The notes beneath the pieces were generated by a model. The model did not search any database and had not been told where the DNA came from. It saw only the letters and a list, made by a program, of their open reading frames with translations. From Candidatus Binatia bacterium (GTDB lineage: Bacteria; Desulfobacterota; Binatia; UBA9968; CAXXLF01), in assembly GCA_963664015.2 (NCBI GenBank), contig CAXXLF010000001.1:288001-352000 (forward strand): a stretch of 64,000 bases of DNA, in the 5' to 3' direction. A program made the position numbers and the translations under genes. Positions 52,301-61,176 of the stretch are shown here, one piece after another; positions within the stretch are counted from its first letter, which is position 1; each line of letters begins with the position of its first letter.

Positions 52301-55300
52301 TGCAGGGTTAAGTTGTCAATGACGCCAGAGGTTGAGATCTCCAGTCGGTACGGCATCATTCCGCCGGCAACCGTGTTCTTTTGCTCCGCCGGGACTTTTG
52401 CTCGTATCGCTCGCTCCAACCGCGGTACGAAGCGAGCCTCGTGCCGTAAAGCAACTTCATCTTCCGCGTCTACTGTCCAAAGCTCTGCAAACAACGACTG
52501 AACCTCGTCCGGTGAACCATCGGGACTCAGGTCCACCATTTTGCAGCGGATGTTGGGATGCTCGTTTCCAATGACCGTTCCCAGTCCAATTAACGGAGAT
52601 TGGCCGACTGACACCGCTCCCTGTCTAAGAGGCTGTGCCCCTCTTGTCACCAGTATGAGATTCGATGATTTGTTCTCCCTATCCAACTTGCTCAACGCCT
52701 GAATAAAGTGCATTACAGAGTGGCATCCAAGAACCTCTCCAAGCCGCAATGAATCGATTGTGGTCTCTTCAGACGGCGGGGCATCCAGGCTCCAAAGGTG
52801 GATTACACCGTGCCAGGGAAGCTGATTCGATGAAAACAGTGCTTGAAGCAATCGCTCCATGTCTTCAGGGTTGTTCGGTGATATCTGGAAGTTCTTTTCA
52901 TTGATACGTTGGAATCGATCACCGGTGGCAACCAGGATACATGACTCACCACGCACCTCGAGGAGCTCCACCAAAGTTTGCGCCATGCCGCCCTTATCAG
53001 CAAAGATTAACCAACTCCCCCTCTCCCCATTGGTGAGTTCAGAAGCCGTTTGGTTCTCCATGTGGTACCTATCTTCCTCGATCAAAGGACCACGGGTTAA
53101 CATGACAATCTGATCATCGGGATAAACAGACATATCCGCGACGTCTGAGAATCCAACCTCTTCGAGAACATCCTTCCATTGCACTCTGTCAATCAACGGG
53201 TAATCCCGCCGTAGGTCGAAGTCCGTAAACCTCCACCACCCTTCCATCAGCCCGAACACCAAATCAATCCAGGACCGTTCTTTTTCGGTCTCTAAAAAGA
53301 TCAGCAAGCCTTCGGACGAGATGAGCTTTTGAATGTTTCCCAGAGAGTCACGCAGGTTACTTGTCGCGTGCATTACATCGGAGGCCAGGATGATGTCGAA
53401 GGAATGCGGCTCAAACCCTTGCTGTAGCGGATCCCTTTCAATGTCCAGTGATTGGTATGATACGAAGGGATAATCGCGAAATACCTGCTCCGCTTTAGAA
53501 AGGAAGAGGCTCGATATATCTGAAAAGACGTATTTCGTACGATCCTCCGGTAGCCTCGGCAGCACATACTTCGTCATGCCACCTGTCCCTCCGCCTATTT
53601 CCAGGATTCGTACAGTTCGTGTTTCAGGCAAACCACCTAAGGCCGTAGTGACGGCCTTCTGGATCATTGTGTTACAGAGGCGAAATTGGGGCGAGTCCTG
53701 ATAGAAGTGTTCGGCTAATGCATTGGACCCTTCTGGAAAAATAAGCTGCAAAGGATCCACGTCGCCTCGCAGTATGTCCGCCAGTTGCGATCCGATCCTA
53801 CCCATCAGATCCAGAGTTGTAACAAAAGCGGGATATTGAAATAACGTGTGTTGCCAGATTATCTGTGGGCCCTGCCCGGGGGGCTTTTGATAGATCACCC
53901 ATTCATCAATTCCTGATTTTTTGAGGTAGCCCGCCTTCTCCAGCATCCGAATATACCGCCCCATGACCCGGTAATGCCGCGGCACCAGCTGCTCCATCAG
54001 TGAGGCGAGTGTGATACGGTCCCCCAGATTGAATTGCCAGCCAAGATCGCGAAGAGCCTGCAAAACGTATGCGGCGGACAGGACATCCAATTGCTCGTAC
54101 AACCCGGAATATTTTTTCACCCAACCTAGCTCATTGACTAAACTATCTACTTCGCTTGTTACGGAGTTAGCAATCTCGCGAGAAGGCGGAATATAGTTAG
54201 CCGAATGAATAGGCCTCTTCTGGTCCGGACGTGGCTTGTGATGCCATTTAACCTCATAAAACCATTTCTCCATGTCATCCAAATCACCCCCACGGATCCC
54301 TTGCACGGCCTGACATCGAAACCCTTCAATTTCCATCAACAAGACGCCGTCAGGGTCGTATATGCGAATGTCGCCTTCTAACGATTTAGCGCTCATATCT
54401 TTAAGATGGACATGACTCCACACCTGGCGCCCCGGACTGCCATAAAAACCCGCTCGCTCAATCTGAACGGGCAGGTATAGACTTTTGCAATCTTCCGGGA
54501 GCGTCCCGGACAACACCTGAAAACAGGAGTCCAGGAATGCCGGATGGAAGCAGTAATGATCGCTTTTCTCCTCTAAGTGATCGTTGAGTCGTACCAGTCC
54601 CAGTGCCTCTCCATCTTTTCTCCAGATTCTCTCGATTCCCTGGAATGATGGGCCGAACTGAAGGCCCATTTCGGCAACTCTGCGATAGCACTCCTCTGAT
54701 GAAATCTCTTCAGGCAAATCGTGCTTTATCGCACCTAGATCGGCTTTCTGATACGGACGTGGATCCTGCTCCTTACGCAAGTACCCATTGGTATGCAGCA
54801 TCCAGGATTGATCGGATCTGGACGCCCTGCTATGGATGGCGAAGGAACCATCATCCGGGTAGCAAACCAATTGAACCGCCGGGGTTTCGCCCTCATCGGG
54901 CAAAAAGATGGCCTTTTGGAACTGGATTTCCTCCAAGACGCAAGCGCCTGCCCCGAAAATCTCCCGGGCACCTCCCAATGCCATCTCCACGAAGGCCGCA
55001 GCCGGAACGACTACGTGCCCTTGTACTTTATGGTCTTCAAGATAACGCAAAAGGCGCTTTTCAACCACGATATCCCACGTAGGATTCGCTGAACCTATGT
55101 TTCTCCCAAGCAAGGCATGCTTCTTCCTACCAAGACGTCGCTCCCTTTGATCTTCCGATTCATGCCAATAGTGTTGACGCTGCCATGGGTATCTGGGCAG
55201 ATACACGCGGCGGCCTCCACCGGACCAGAGCCTTTGCCAGTCTATTGCATGCCCCATGGTGTAGAGCTCTCCCAGAGACGACAGCATGACAGCCCTCTCT

Positions 55301-57846
55301 TCTTCATGCCGGCGAAGAGACGGGAGAACGGTCCCTTTTCGATCTTGCTGCAACAGACACTCCGTGATCGAACTGGATAAAACCGGGTGAGGACTCAATT
55401 CCAAAAAGGCATCGTAATCCCTTTCGATCAACCACCCCACCGCCTCCGCAAAACGTACTCTTTGCCTCACGTTTTGCCACCAGTAATCTCTATCGAAACA
55501 CCGGCCTTCCATGGGCTTCCCGGTTACCGTCGAAATAATCGGAAGGACGGGATGTCGCGGTTGAAGACCATCCAAAGACTCAAGCAAATTGCCCCTGATG
55601 GGTTCCATCTGAGCACTGTGGAATGCATAGTTTACCTGAAGAAACTTACAGAAGATTCCCTTTTGCTCCAATGACCAGGAAATCTGCTCAAGCGATTCGG
55701 GCTCTCCGGAAAGGGTAGCCGAAGATGGGCTGTTAATCGCCGCGAGCGAAACACGGCCCTGGTATCCCTGGATCTCCCGTTCTGCTTCCGACATTGTTAA
55801 TCCCACAGCCAGCATCCTGCCTTTTGAAGACGCAAGATCCATGCACCGGCCGCGATGAAAAATCACCCGGACAGCATCCTCTAGAGATAACGCACCGGCA
55901 ACATGGGCCGCCGCGGCTTCTCCCACACTGTGTCCAACGACGGCTTCGGGCTCAATTCCCCACGACTTCCAAAGTGCCGCCAGTGCCACTTGCAAGGAAA
56001 AGAGCGCCGGCTGTGCAATTGCCGTCTCCTGGAGGCGAGAGCAAGCCTCATCCGTAGTCAGTTCCTCCAAAATGGACCAGTCTGCGTACCTCCCAAGCAA
56101 TTTATCGCACTCTTCAATAGTTTTTCGAAAAAGAGGCTCCTCAGCCAGCAATTCCCTACCCATTCCCCACCATTGTGGACCTTGCCCAGAAAAGACAAAC
56201 GCGATTTTTGGCTTATGACTATGGCGACGCAGGCCATTAGACATGCCTGGTTTTTTTTCACCGGCCAGAAAGCCGTCGAGGCGATCCTCGAGTTCTTCCC
56301 TATTGTGTACGATCAAAGACAAACGATGGTCGAAATGGGTCCTCCCCACACCAGCCGTGTAGCAAATACCCGATATAGACGCCCGACTATCATCGCTGTC
56401 CCCTCGAAGAAAGCTCTGGTAGGACCGAGCCAGTGTCTGCAGGGCTTCGGGGATGCGTGCCGATAGAGGCATCAGCATTGCCCGACCTGAATCTTCCCTG
56501 GCAAGCTCGATGGGACCATCTGTCCCACCCCGATACTCCATCAAAAGCATATGTGCGTTTGTTCCACCAAAGCCGAATGAATTCACCCCGGCAATCGCCG
56601 GTCCGGAATCATCAGGCCACGGTTCCAGACAGAGTGGCACCCGCAATTGCAAATCTTCAAACGGAATTTTGGGATTCGGATTATGAAAATGCAGGTTCCG
56701 GGGAATCATTCGGTGCTTAAGCGACAAAGCAACCTTAATCACACCAGCAATACCCGCTGCGGCCTCTAAGTGTCCGATATTGGTTTTCACAGATCCGATT
56801 AAACTGTACCGTCCCCTGGGCCGACCGGACGATAGCACATTCCCCATAGCGGCTGCTTCAATCGGATCCCCAACGGCGGTACCCGTCCCGTGGGCCTCGA
56901 CGTAATGTACCGCACTCCCATCAATGCCGCCCTGGCGGCAAGCTTCCCTCAGTAACGCCTCCTGGGCAGATTGACTCGGTACCGTGATGCCGCTGGTCCG
57001 TCCATCCTGGTTGACCGCAGAACCCACAATGACGGCATAGACCGAATTCCCATCCGCAAGGGCTTTGGATAGAGGTTTGAGGACGATAATCCCAGCGCCC
57101 TCACCCCGCACAAAACCGTTGGCGCTGGCGTCGAATGCCTTGCACCGTCCGTCCGGAGAAAGCATGGACGCCGCAGAGAAGGCAACAAAAGGACCGGCAC
57201 CGATGATAATGTTTACTCCGCCGGCCAAGACAAGGTCGCACTCTCCATTCCAGAGGCTCCGGCAAGCAAGGTCGGCGGCTACAAGCGAGGAGGAACAGGC
57301 GGTATCTACTGCAATGCTTGGCCCCCGCAGGTTCAGGCAGTAGGAAATACGATTAGCGGCGATGCTGAATACCCCGCCTGTAGCGGTATGGGCATCCACA
57401 GGACTGTTGTCGTCAGAGCTTGACTGAATTTGAGCGTAATCAGAAGTCGATATCCCAATAAACACTCCCGCATTCATTCCCAGCTTCCGATCGATAACCT
57501 GTCCCGCATCCTCAAGCGCTTCCCAGGCAACTTCTAGGAGGAGCCTTTGTTGGGGATCCATATAGGATGCTTCACTCGGAGATATGCCAAAATGTTCAGG
57601 TTCAAATTGATCGATTCCTTTTATGAATCCGCCCCACCGTGAGTACGTCTTGCCCGGCGCCCCGGGTACCGGGTTATAGTACTTCTCCATGGCCCAACGA
57701 TCCTCGGGAATTTCAGTAACCGCATCCACCCCGGTCTTGAGAAGCTCCCAGAATGATTCAGGATCGTTTGCCTCTCCTGGAAAACGGCATCCGATCCCAA
57801 CAATAGCGAGCGGCTCCCTTTGACTTTTATCTATCAAAGTCTTCAT
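49318..57846 (-). CDS. Single-module type I polyketide synthase KS-AT-DH-cMT-ER-KR-ACP-TE
   Basis: KS DTACSSS/HGTGT/NIGHLE; AT GHSVG, YAFHS; DH HKVQGHVVVP, LDSCFQ; MT LEIGGGTGG; ER LIHSAAGGVG; KR TGGLGGFG, LDD, GNYVAAN; ACP GLDSL; TE GFSLG...GGH. Start at 57846 chosen from the GAAGGA RBS. Confidence 0.95.
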   Translation of the reverse strand: MKTLIDKSQREPLAIVGIGCRFPGEANDPESFWELLKTGVDAVTEIPEDRWAMEKYYNPVPGAPGKTYSRWGGFIKGIDQFEPEHFGISPSEASYMDPQQRLLLEVAWEALEDAGQVIDRKLGMNAGVFIGISTSDYAQIQSSSDDNSPVDAHTATGGVFSIAANRISYCLNLRGPSIAVDTACSSSLVAADLACRSLWNGECDLVLAGGVNIIIGAGPFVAFSAASMLSPDGRCKAFDASANGFVRGEGAGIIVLKPLSKALADGNSVYAVIVGSAVNQDGRTSGITVPSQSAQEALLREACRQGGIDGSAVHYVEAHGTGTAVGDPIEAAAMGNVLSSGRPRGRYSLIGSVKTNIGHLEAAAGIAGVIKVALSLKHRMIPRNLHFHNPNPKIPFEDLQLRVPLCLEPWPDDSGPAIAGVNSFGFGGTNAHMLLMEYRGGTDGPIELAREDSGRAMLMPLSARIPEALQTLARSYQSFLRGDSDDSRASISGICYTAGVGRTHFDHRLSLIVHNREELEDRLDGFLAGEKKPGMSNGLRRHSHKPKIAFVFSGQGPQWWGMGRELLAEEPLFRKTIEECDKLLGRYADWSILEELTTDEACSRLQETAIAQPALFSLQVALAALWKSWGIEPEAVVGHSVGEAAAAHVAGALSLEDAVRVIFHRGRCMDLASSKGRMLAVGLTMSEAEREIQGYQGRVSLAAINSPSSATLSGEPESLEQISWSLEQKGIFCKFLQVNYAFHSAQMEPIRGNLLESLDGLQPRHPVLPIISTVTGKPMEGRCFDRDYWWQNVRQRVRFAEAVGWLIERDYDAFLELSPHPVLSSSITECLLQQDRKGTVLPSLRRHEEERAVMLSSLGELYTMGHAIDWQRLWSGGGRRVYLPRYPWQRQHYWHESEDQRERRLGRKKHALLGRNIGSANPTWDIVVEKRLLRYLEDHKVQGHVVVPAAAFVEMALGGAREIFGAGACVLEEIQFQKAIFLPDEGETPAVQLVCYPDDGSFAIHSRASRSDQSWMLHTNGYLRKEQDPRPYQKADLGAIKHDLPEEISSEECYRRVAEMGLQFGPSFQGIERIWRKDGEALGLVRLNDHLEEKSDHYCFHPAFLDSCFQVLSGTLPEDCKSLYLPVQIERAGFYGSPGRQVWSHVHLKDMSAKSLEGDIRIYDPDGVLLMEIEGFRCQAVQGIRGGDLDDMEKWFYEVKWHHKPRPDQKRPIHSANYIPPSREIANSVTSEVDSLVNELGWVKKYSGLYEQLDVLSAAYVLQALRDLGWQFNLGDRITLASLMEQLVPRHYRVMGRYIRMLEKAGYLKKSGIDEWVIYQKPPGQGPQIIWQHTLFQYPAFVTTLDLMGRIGSQLADILRGDVDPLQLIFPEGSNALAEHFYQDSPQFRLCNTMIQKAVTTALGGLPETRTVRILEIGGGTGGMTKYVLPRLPEDRTKYVFSDISSLFLSKAEQVFRDYPFVSYQSLDIERDPLQQGFEPHSFDIILASDVMHATSNLRDSLGNIQKLISSEGLLIFLETEKERSWIDLVFGLMEGWWRFTDFDLRRDYPLIDRVQWKDVLEEVGFSDVADMSVYPDDQIVMLTRGPLIEEDRYHMENQTASELTNGERGSWLIFADKGGMAQTLVELLEVRGESCILVATGDRFQRINEKNFQISPNNPEDMERLLQALFSSNQLPWHGVIHLWSLDAPPSEETTIDSLRLGEVLGCHSVMHFIQALSKLDRENKSSNLILVTRGAQPLRQGAVSVGQSPLIGLGTVIGNEHPNIRCKMVDLSPDGSPDEVQSLFAELWTVDAEDEVALRHEARFVPRLERAIRAKVPAEQKNTVAGGMMPYRLEISTSGVIDNLTLHETKRYQVDHGQVEIEVFAAALNFRDVMKALGLYPTDGDDYMMLGDECAGRVVALGEGVEDFKVGDEVIAIAPGSFGSYARTLAEFVVRKPEHLSFEEAVTFPIAFLTAYYSLHHLAQITAGERVLIHSAAGGVGLAALQIARQAGAEVFATAGSPEKRELLRFMGVQHVMDSRSLSFADEILEITGGRGVDVVLNSLAGKAIAKGVSCLAPYGRFLELGKRDIYQNSKLGLRAFRKNLSFFAIDLSRLLADKPLLIRSILTELYQQIEGKVLHPLPHRVYPASRIVDAFRYMAQAKHSGKIVISMQDEGVLVEPLGEDAIAFRPDASYLITGGLGGFGLAVAKWIVENGGQNVVLVGRHGAESEETKNALESLQSTGARIVVTKADVTSVEQVADILTQIDRTMPPLKGIFHAAMVLDDGVLIQLDQDRFRKVMAPKVEGAWNLHSQSLNKDLDFFVLFSSVVSLFGNPGQGNYVAANLFLDALAHHRRSLGLPAVSINWGHLTEVGYVSRHQDVSEHLTRRGILGFPPNQAMKALGRILKENPVQMGVMRLDWKKLAGLASKAQGSQRLSSLMGQNMEQQMGEEESGIREALMQAKPEERRELVQTYICEQVAGVLGTSVKLDFDQPLNELGLDSLMAVQLQHRVENDLALSLPAGKLMQGPASINRLSTVVLNELGGRDSIPADIPTVEISQGWRPQNGRSRECLVPLRTHGTRPPLFCIHPAGGQIDIYKNLIDLLPAEQPGYGVQSSHLFDPAEDRSMESKAIECAKVIREQQPNGPYCLFGFSLGGFLAMSIARVLELQGQDVALVGLVDCDVHWADPLFPRHIILQNRIADMYSFLSKELGILEIVPAEQLAKETTSLSKELLSSSGDGRVDAVIDWLTKQKYVRRDIPADLLKEQVSRIELHISLIENFKPEMIRAPIFIWWARDRSDGIKHSDKNWDMYTSGMVVEETIEGGHYAVMYPPRVNTIAEQLDKGLQAIHSSKVECLP

Positions 57847-57973
57847 CGACATTCCTTCTAACTCCAATCCCAGATCCAATTAAAGACAGGTCAAACTGCT
57901 GATAATCCTGGGATTCACATTGACACCGTGACCCAATAACTCCTAAGAAGATACCTGAGGAGCTACTGGTTAA

Positions 57974-58400
57974 TCTGGCTGTTTGGTTCATCTAGTTGAT
58001 TTAGTTCGTTTCGTTCTTTGAGTTTCTTGGGTTAATCGCGTTTGTTGCGTTCATTGCGTATTTTGAGTTATCGAGTCTATCCCGTCTTTCTTCCGCCAGA
58101 AGAGGGATCAGCATTTGGGTGAGGTTTGTCTAGTCCATCTGTTCAATCTCGCTCATATTGACCATCGACTTTTTACTATCGGCTATTGGCTACTCGCTCT
58201 TTACCATTTGCGAGCTTGGCGTCGTTCTACTGTCGTCTCCCATGACCCTTAAAGCATGCTCAGGGTCATGGTGAGGTTATCGAACCATGAGGCTCAGACC
58301 CGAAGGGAGTTCACGACGAAGTCTTGGCGCGAGATACTTTAATCGGTAATCTGCGCTTTGCCTTTCATTTTTGGCTATTAACCAATAACGATTGACCAGT
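57974..58400. repeat. Composite intergenic repeat: 9-mer array, 7-mer array, triply nested palindromic element, 7-mer array
   Basis: ttggttcat/ctagttgat/ttagttcgt/.../tgcgttcat; ctatcgg/ctattgg/ctactcg; nested element at 58207-58332. Confidence 0.8.
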
Positions 58401-58402
58401 TT

Positions 58403-58813
58403 CTATTTAGCAATCACCAAGACCACCAGGGCAACTGCGTACTCCGCCGTATGGGACATTGAGACCATGGAGTGAACGACCCCTAATTTATTGGCCTTCC
58501 GGGCGGTCTCGCCTGAGAGATGCAGGATCGGTTTTCCCGATGGTTCCCGTCGGACTTCGACATCCTGCCAGTCCATCTCTCCGCTCATACCGGTTCCCAG
58601 GGCCTTGACACAGGCCTCCTTGGCGGCAAACCGGGCAGCGAAGTGCTGATAGGGAGCGAATTTTCGGTTTGAGTAACTGATCTCTTCTTCGCTAAAGAGG
58701 GTCTGCTCGATACCAGTCTGTTCTCTAAGGAGTTTCTCGATTCGTTGAACCTCCACCAGGTCGGTCCCAACTCGGGGGACGAGGGCCGGGGCGCGTTCGG
58801 TGGTCGTGGTCAT
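58403..58813 (-). CDS. acpS: Holo-[acyl-carrier-protein] synthase (AcpS-type PPTase)
   Basis: VGTDLVEVQRI, FAARFAAKEACVKALGTG, GKP, SMSHTAEYAVA; ATG at 58813. Confidence 0.93.
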   Translation of the reverse strand: MTTTTERAPALVPRVGTDLVEVQRIEKLLREQTGIEQTLFSEEEISYSNRKFAPYQHFAARFAAKEACVKALGTGMSGEMDWQDVEVRREPSGKPILHLSGETARKANKLGVVHSMVSMSHTAEYAVALVVLVIAK

Positions 58814-58814
58814 T

Positions 58815-59090
58815 GGGTTCTCTGCGTTATTTGCGCTTATTGAGTTCGTTGAGTTTTTGAGTTTGTCGAGTTTCGCCGGCTTTCTGCGTTTTGGGTTTCT
58901 CAATTTCCTCAGATAACTTTCCCTCCTGCGGCCCGTTGTCTGTAGTTCCGTCGTCCGTCGGCGCTATGCTCTTTGCGTTTCACTATTGACCATTTACTAT
59001 TCGTTTCTTACTATTAATCAATAACCAATGACTATTAACTATTCTCTATTCGCCAATTGCCGACCTCTGACCTCTGCTCTCCGAGCTCCG
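58815..59090. repeat. Composite intergenic repeat: 9-mer array, CTATT heptamers, CTGACCT heptamers
   Basis: tgcgttatt/tgcgcttat/tgagttcgt/tgagttttt; ctattga/ccattta/ctattcg...ctattaa/ctattct/ctattcg; ccgacct/ctgacct. Confidence 0.78.
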
Positions 59091-59113
59091 GGATCTGCTA
59101 TTTGCTGTAGGCT

Positions 59114-60481
59114 CTACTTGAGGCCCCTGACCAGTAGCTGGTCTAGAAACTCTACGGCGAGGTCCATTTCCTCCGTGGTAATCTCGAAGGACGGTGAGAT
59201 GCTGATCACGTTCTTGAAGTAGCCACCGAGATTGAGCACGAGTCCGTAGTCCTTCCCGTTGATTTTGAGGTCGCCCTTTAACCCTTCCTGGACCATCTTT
59301 TGAGCCAGTGCCGGGTTGGGGGTATGTCCATCATCCTGGCACAGCTCCATCCTGAGGGCCAGACCAAGGCCATTCACATCACCAAGGATCCGGGGGTACT
59401 TGTTTTGAAGCTGTTTGAGCTGATCTAAGAAGTAGCGTCCTTTTTGGGTGACTTTCCCCCCATAGTCTTCTTCCTCCAGGAGCTTCAGCACCTCCAACGC
59501 CACAACCAGCCCCTGCGGATTGGGTGCGTAAGTCGAATAGGTCGCCCCCGGAGGAAATATATCAGGACTGATTATCTCCTCACTAGCCCAGACCCCTGAG
59601 AGCGGATTGAGACCGTTGGTCAAGGTCTTACCGAAGCAGATGATGTCGGGGCTAATACCCAAATGTTCGATCGCCCAGAACTTACCCGTCCGGAAGAATC
59701 CCATTTGAATTTCATCATCGACCAACAGGATTTTACGCTCCTCCAGCGTCTTTTTGAGAGCTACGAAGTACTCCTTCGGAGGGATAACGTAACCTCCCGT
59801 TCCCTGGATCGGCTCCATATAGAGGGCCCCAAATTCACATTCCTGAGCTTTGGCATCCCAGAACGAATAGTATTCGGTGTCGAATAGTTTCGCGAACTGA
59901 CCGTGGCAGTAGAGGCTGCAATCCTCCGGTTTCTTATCATAGAAGCAACGAAAGCAATAAGGGTACGGGATAAAATGCCCCCGGTCCCCAAAGTGACCGT
60001 AGCGCCTCCGATACCGATAACTCGAGGTTACGGATGAGGGGCCCAGGGTGCGCCCATGGTACCCCCCCATGAAGGCAAAGCCCGCATTCTTATGGGTAAA
60101 GTTTCGGACCAGTTTGATCGCATCGTCTATGGCCCCGGCACCCCCGACACTGAACAGCACCCTTCCCTTCTTATTGAATATCTTTTCACACATCTGGGAG
60201 ATTCGGGCAGAGACCTCGATCCGTTCGGAATACAGATAGTGGCTCCCCAATTGGGGAAGTGAATCAAGTTTGTCCTTGATGGCCTTGATCAACCGCTTAT
60301 TGCCGTAACCGAAACTCGCTGAGGCTGAAGCCATCTGCAGATCAAGGTATGAGACGCCATTGTTATCGTACAGGAAGCTACCTTCAGATTGTTTAAATAT
60401 CTTCGGCATCTCGGCGGAGTGAACAGCATCACCCCAACAACAGTAATCCGCCTCTAGCTTGCGTAGATCGCTTTCCATCAT
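59114..60481 (-). CDS. Class III PLP-dependent aminotransferase (GabT/ArgD-like)
   Basis: GGYHGRT, EPIQGTGG, DDEIQMGFFRTGK, PDIICFGK (PLP Lys). Confidence 0.92.
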   Translation of the reverse strand: MMESDLRKLEADYCCWGDAVHSAEMPKIFKQSEGSFLYDNNGVSYLDLQMASASASFGYGNKRLIKAIKDKLDSLPQLGSHYLYSERIEVSARISQMCEKIFNKKGRVLFSVGGAGAIDDAIKLVRNFTHKNAGFAFMGGYHGRTLGPSSVTSSYRYRRRYGHFGDRGHFIPYPYCFRCFYDKKPEDCSLYCHGQFAKLFDTEYYSFWDAKAQECEFGALYMEPIQGTGGYVIPPKEYFVALKKTLEERKILLVDDEIQMGFFRTGKFWAIEHLGISPDIICFGKTLTNGLNPLSGVWASEEIISPDIFPPGATYSTYAPNPQGLVVALEVLKLLEEEDYGGKVTQKGRYFLDQLKQLQNKYPRILGDVNGLGLALRMELCQDDGHTPNPALAQKMVQEGLKGDLKINGKDYGLVLNLGGYFKNVISISPSFEITTEEMDLAVEFLDQLLVRGLK

Positions 60482-60492
60482 GATGGGTTCAC

Positions 60493-61176
60493 CTATGCTT
60501 TCTCCTTAAAGGTATTGACTATCCGGAGCACGTCGCTGAAATCTCTGAACTGATGGTAGGGTATTCCCTCGTCTTCGCAGTATTCCCGGAGCCCGTCCTT
60601 CGCAATCACCACGTCCGCGTATCTGGCGAGGAGTTGGTCCGAGCGGCCGTCCCCGACGATTACAGTTCTGTCCGCGGAGCCTGTGAGACGCCGGAACAAC
60701 TCCGGCTTGCAGGTCGCACACCCATGGGCGCATCCTTGCGGGAAATAGGGGAATGAGACCTCGAACCGATTCGCCCTCAACTCCAGGCTGCAGGAATAAA
60801 CCGGGATACTCGCGCGCGATCCCTGACCCGCCCCCAGCGCACGACCGAGGATTCGATGAATCCAGTAATCGAATCCGTCGCTAAGGATATAGAGGGAATC
60901 GCCGCCCAGAGCGCAATAGCGCGCGAACCCGACGAAATACGGGTCGACCTCCACGGCGTCTATAAAATCATCCAGAGCCGCCTGGGATACCTCGACCAGG
61001 GGCATCTGATCTTGCAAGACCTTTCTCGCGGTTAACCGCCCCGTTAGCCAATCTTCTTGAATCCGAATCCACAAGGGATCGGCGAACCTTTCGAGCAAGG
61101 TGTCAGTAACGTTGCAGCGCGTTATAGTCTCGTCAAAGTCACAGAATACCCTTATTCCCAATTGAACTCCCGTCAT
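60493..61176 (-). CDS. MtnX-like HAD-IB family phosphatase
   Basis: FCDFDETIT, ILSDG, CAHGCATCK, VGDGRSD. Confidence 0.88.
   Translation of the reverse strand: MTGVQLGIRVFCDFDETITRCNVTDTLLERFADPLWIRIQEDWLTGRLTARKVLQDQMPLVEVSQAALDDFIDAVEVDPYFVGFARYCALGGDSLYILSDGFDYWIHRILGRALGAGQGSRASIPVYSCSLELRANRFEVSFPYFPQGCAHGCATCKPELFRRLTGSADRTVIVGDGRSDQLLARYADVVIAKDGLREYCEDEGIPYHQFRDFSDVLRIVNTFKEKA

Noticed and set aside
58814-58903. N-terminal extension of AcpS
   Set aside because: It is a translation of the 9-mer repeat array. The family N-terminus starts after ATG 58813.
57974-59090. CRISPR array interpretation of the intergenic repeats
   Set aside because: Units are 7-9 nt, degenerate and contiguous. 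There are no constant 23-47 nt repeats with unique spacers and no cas genes.
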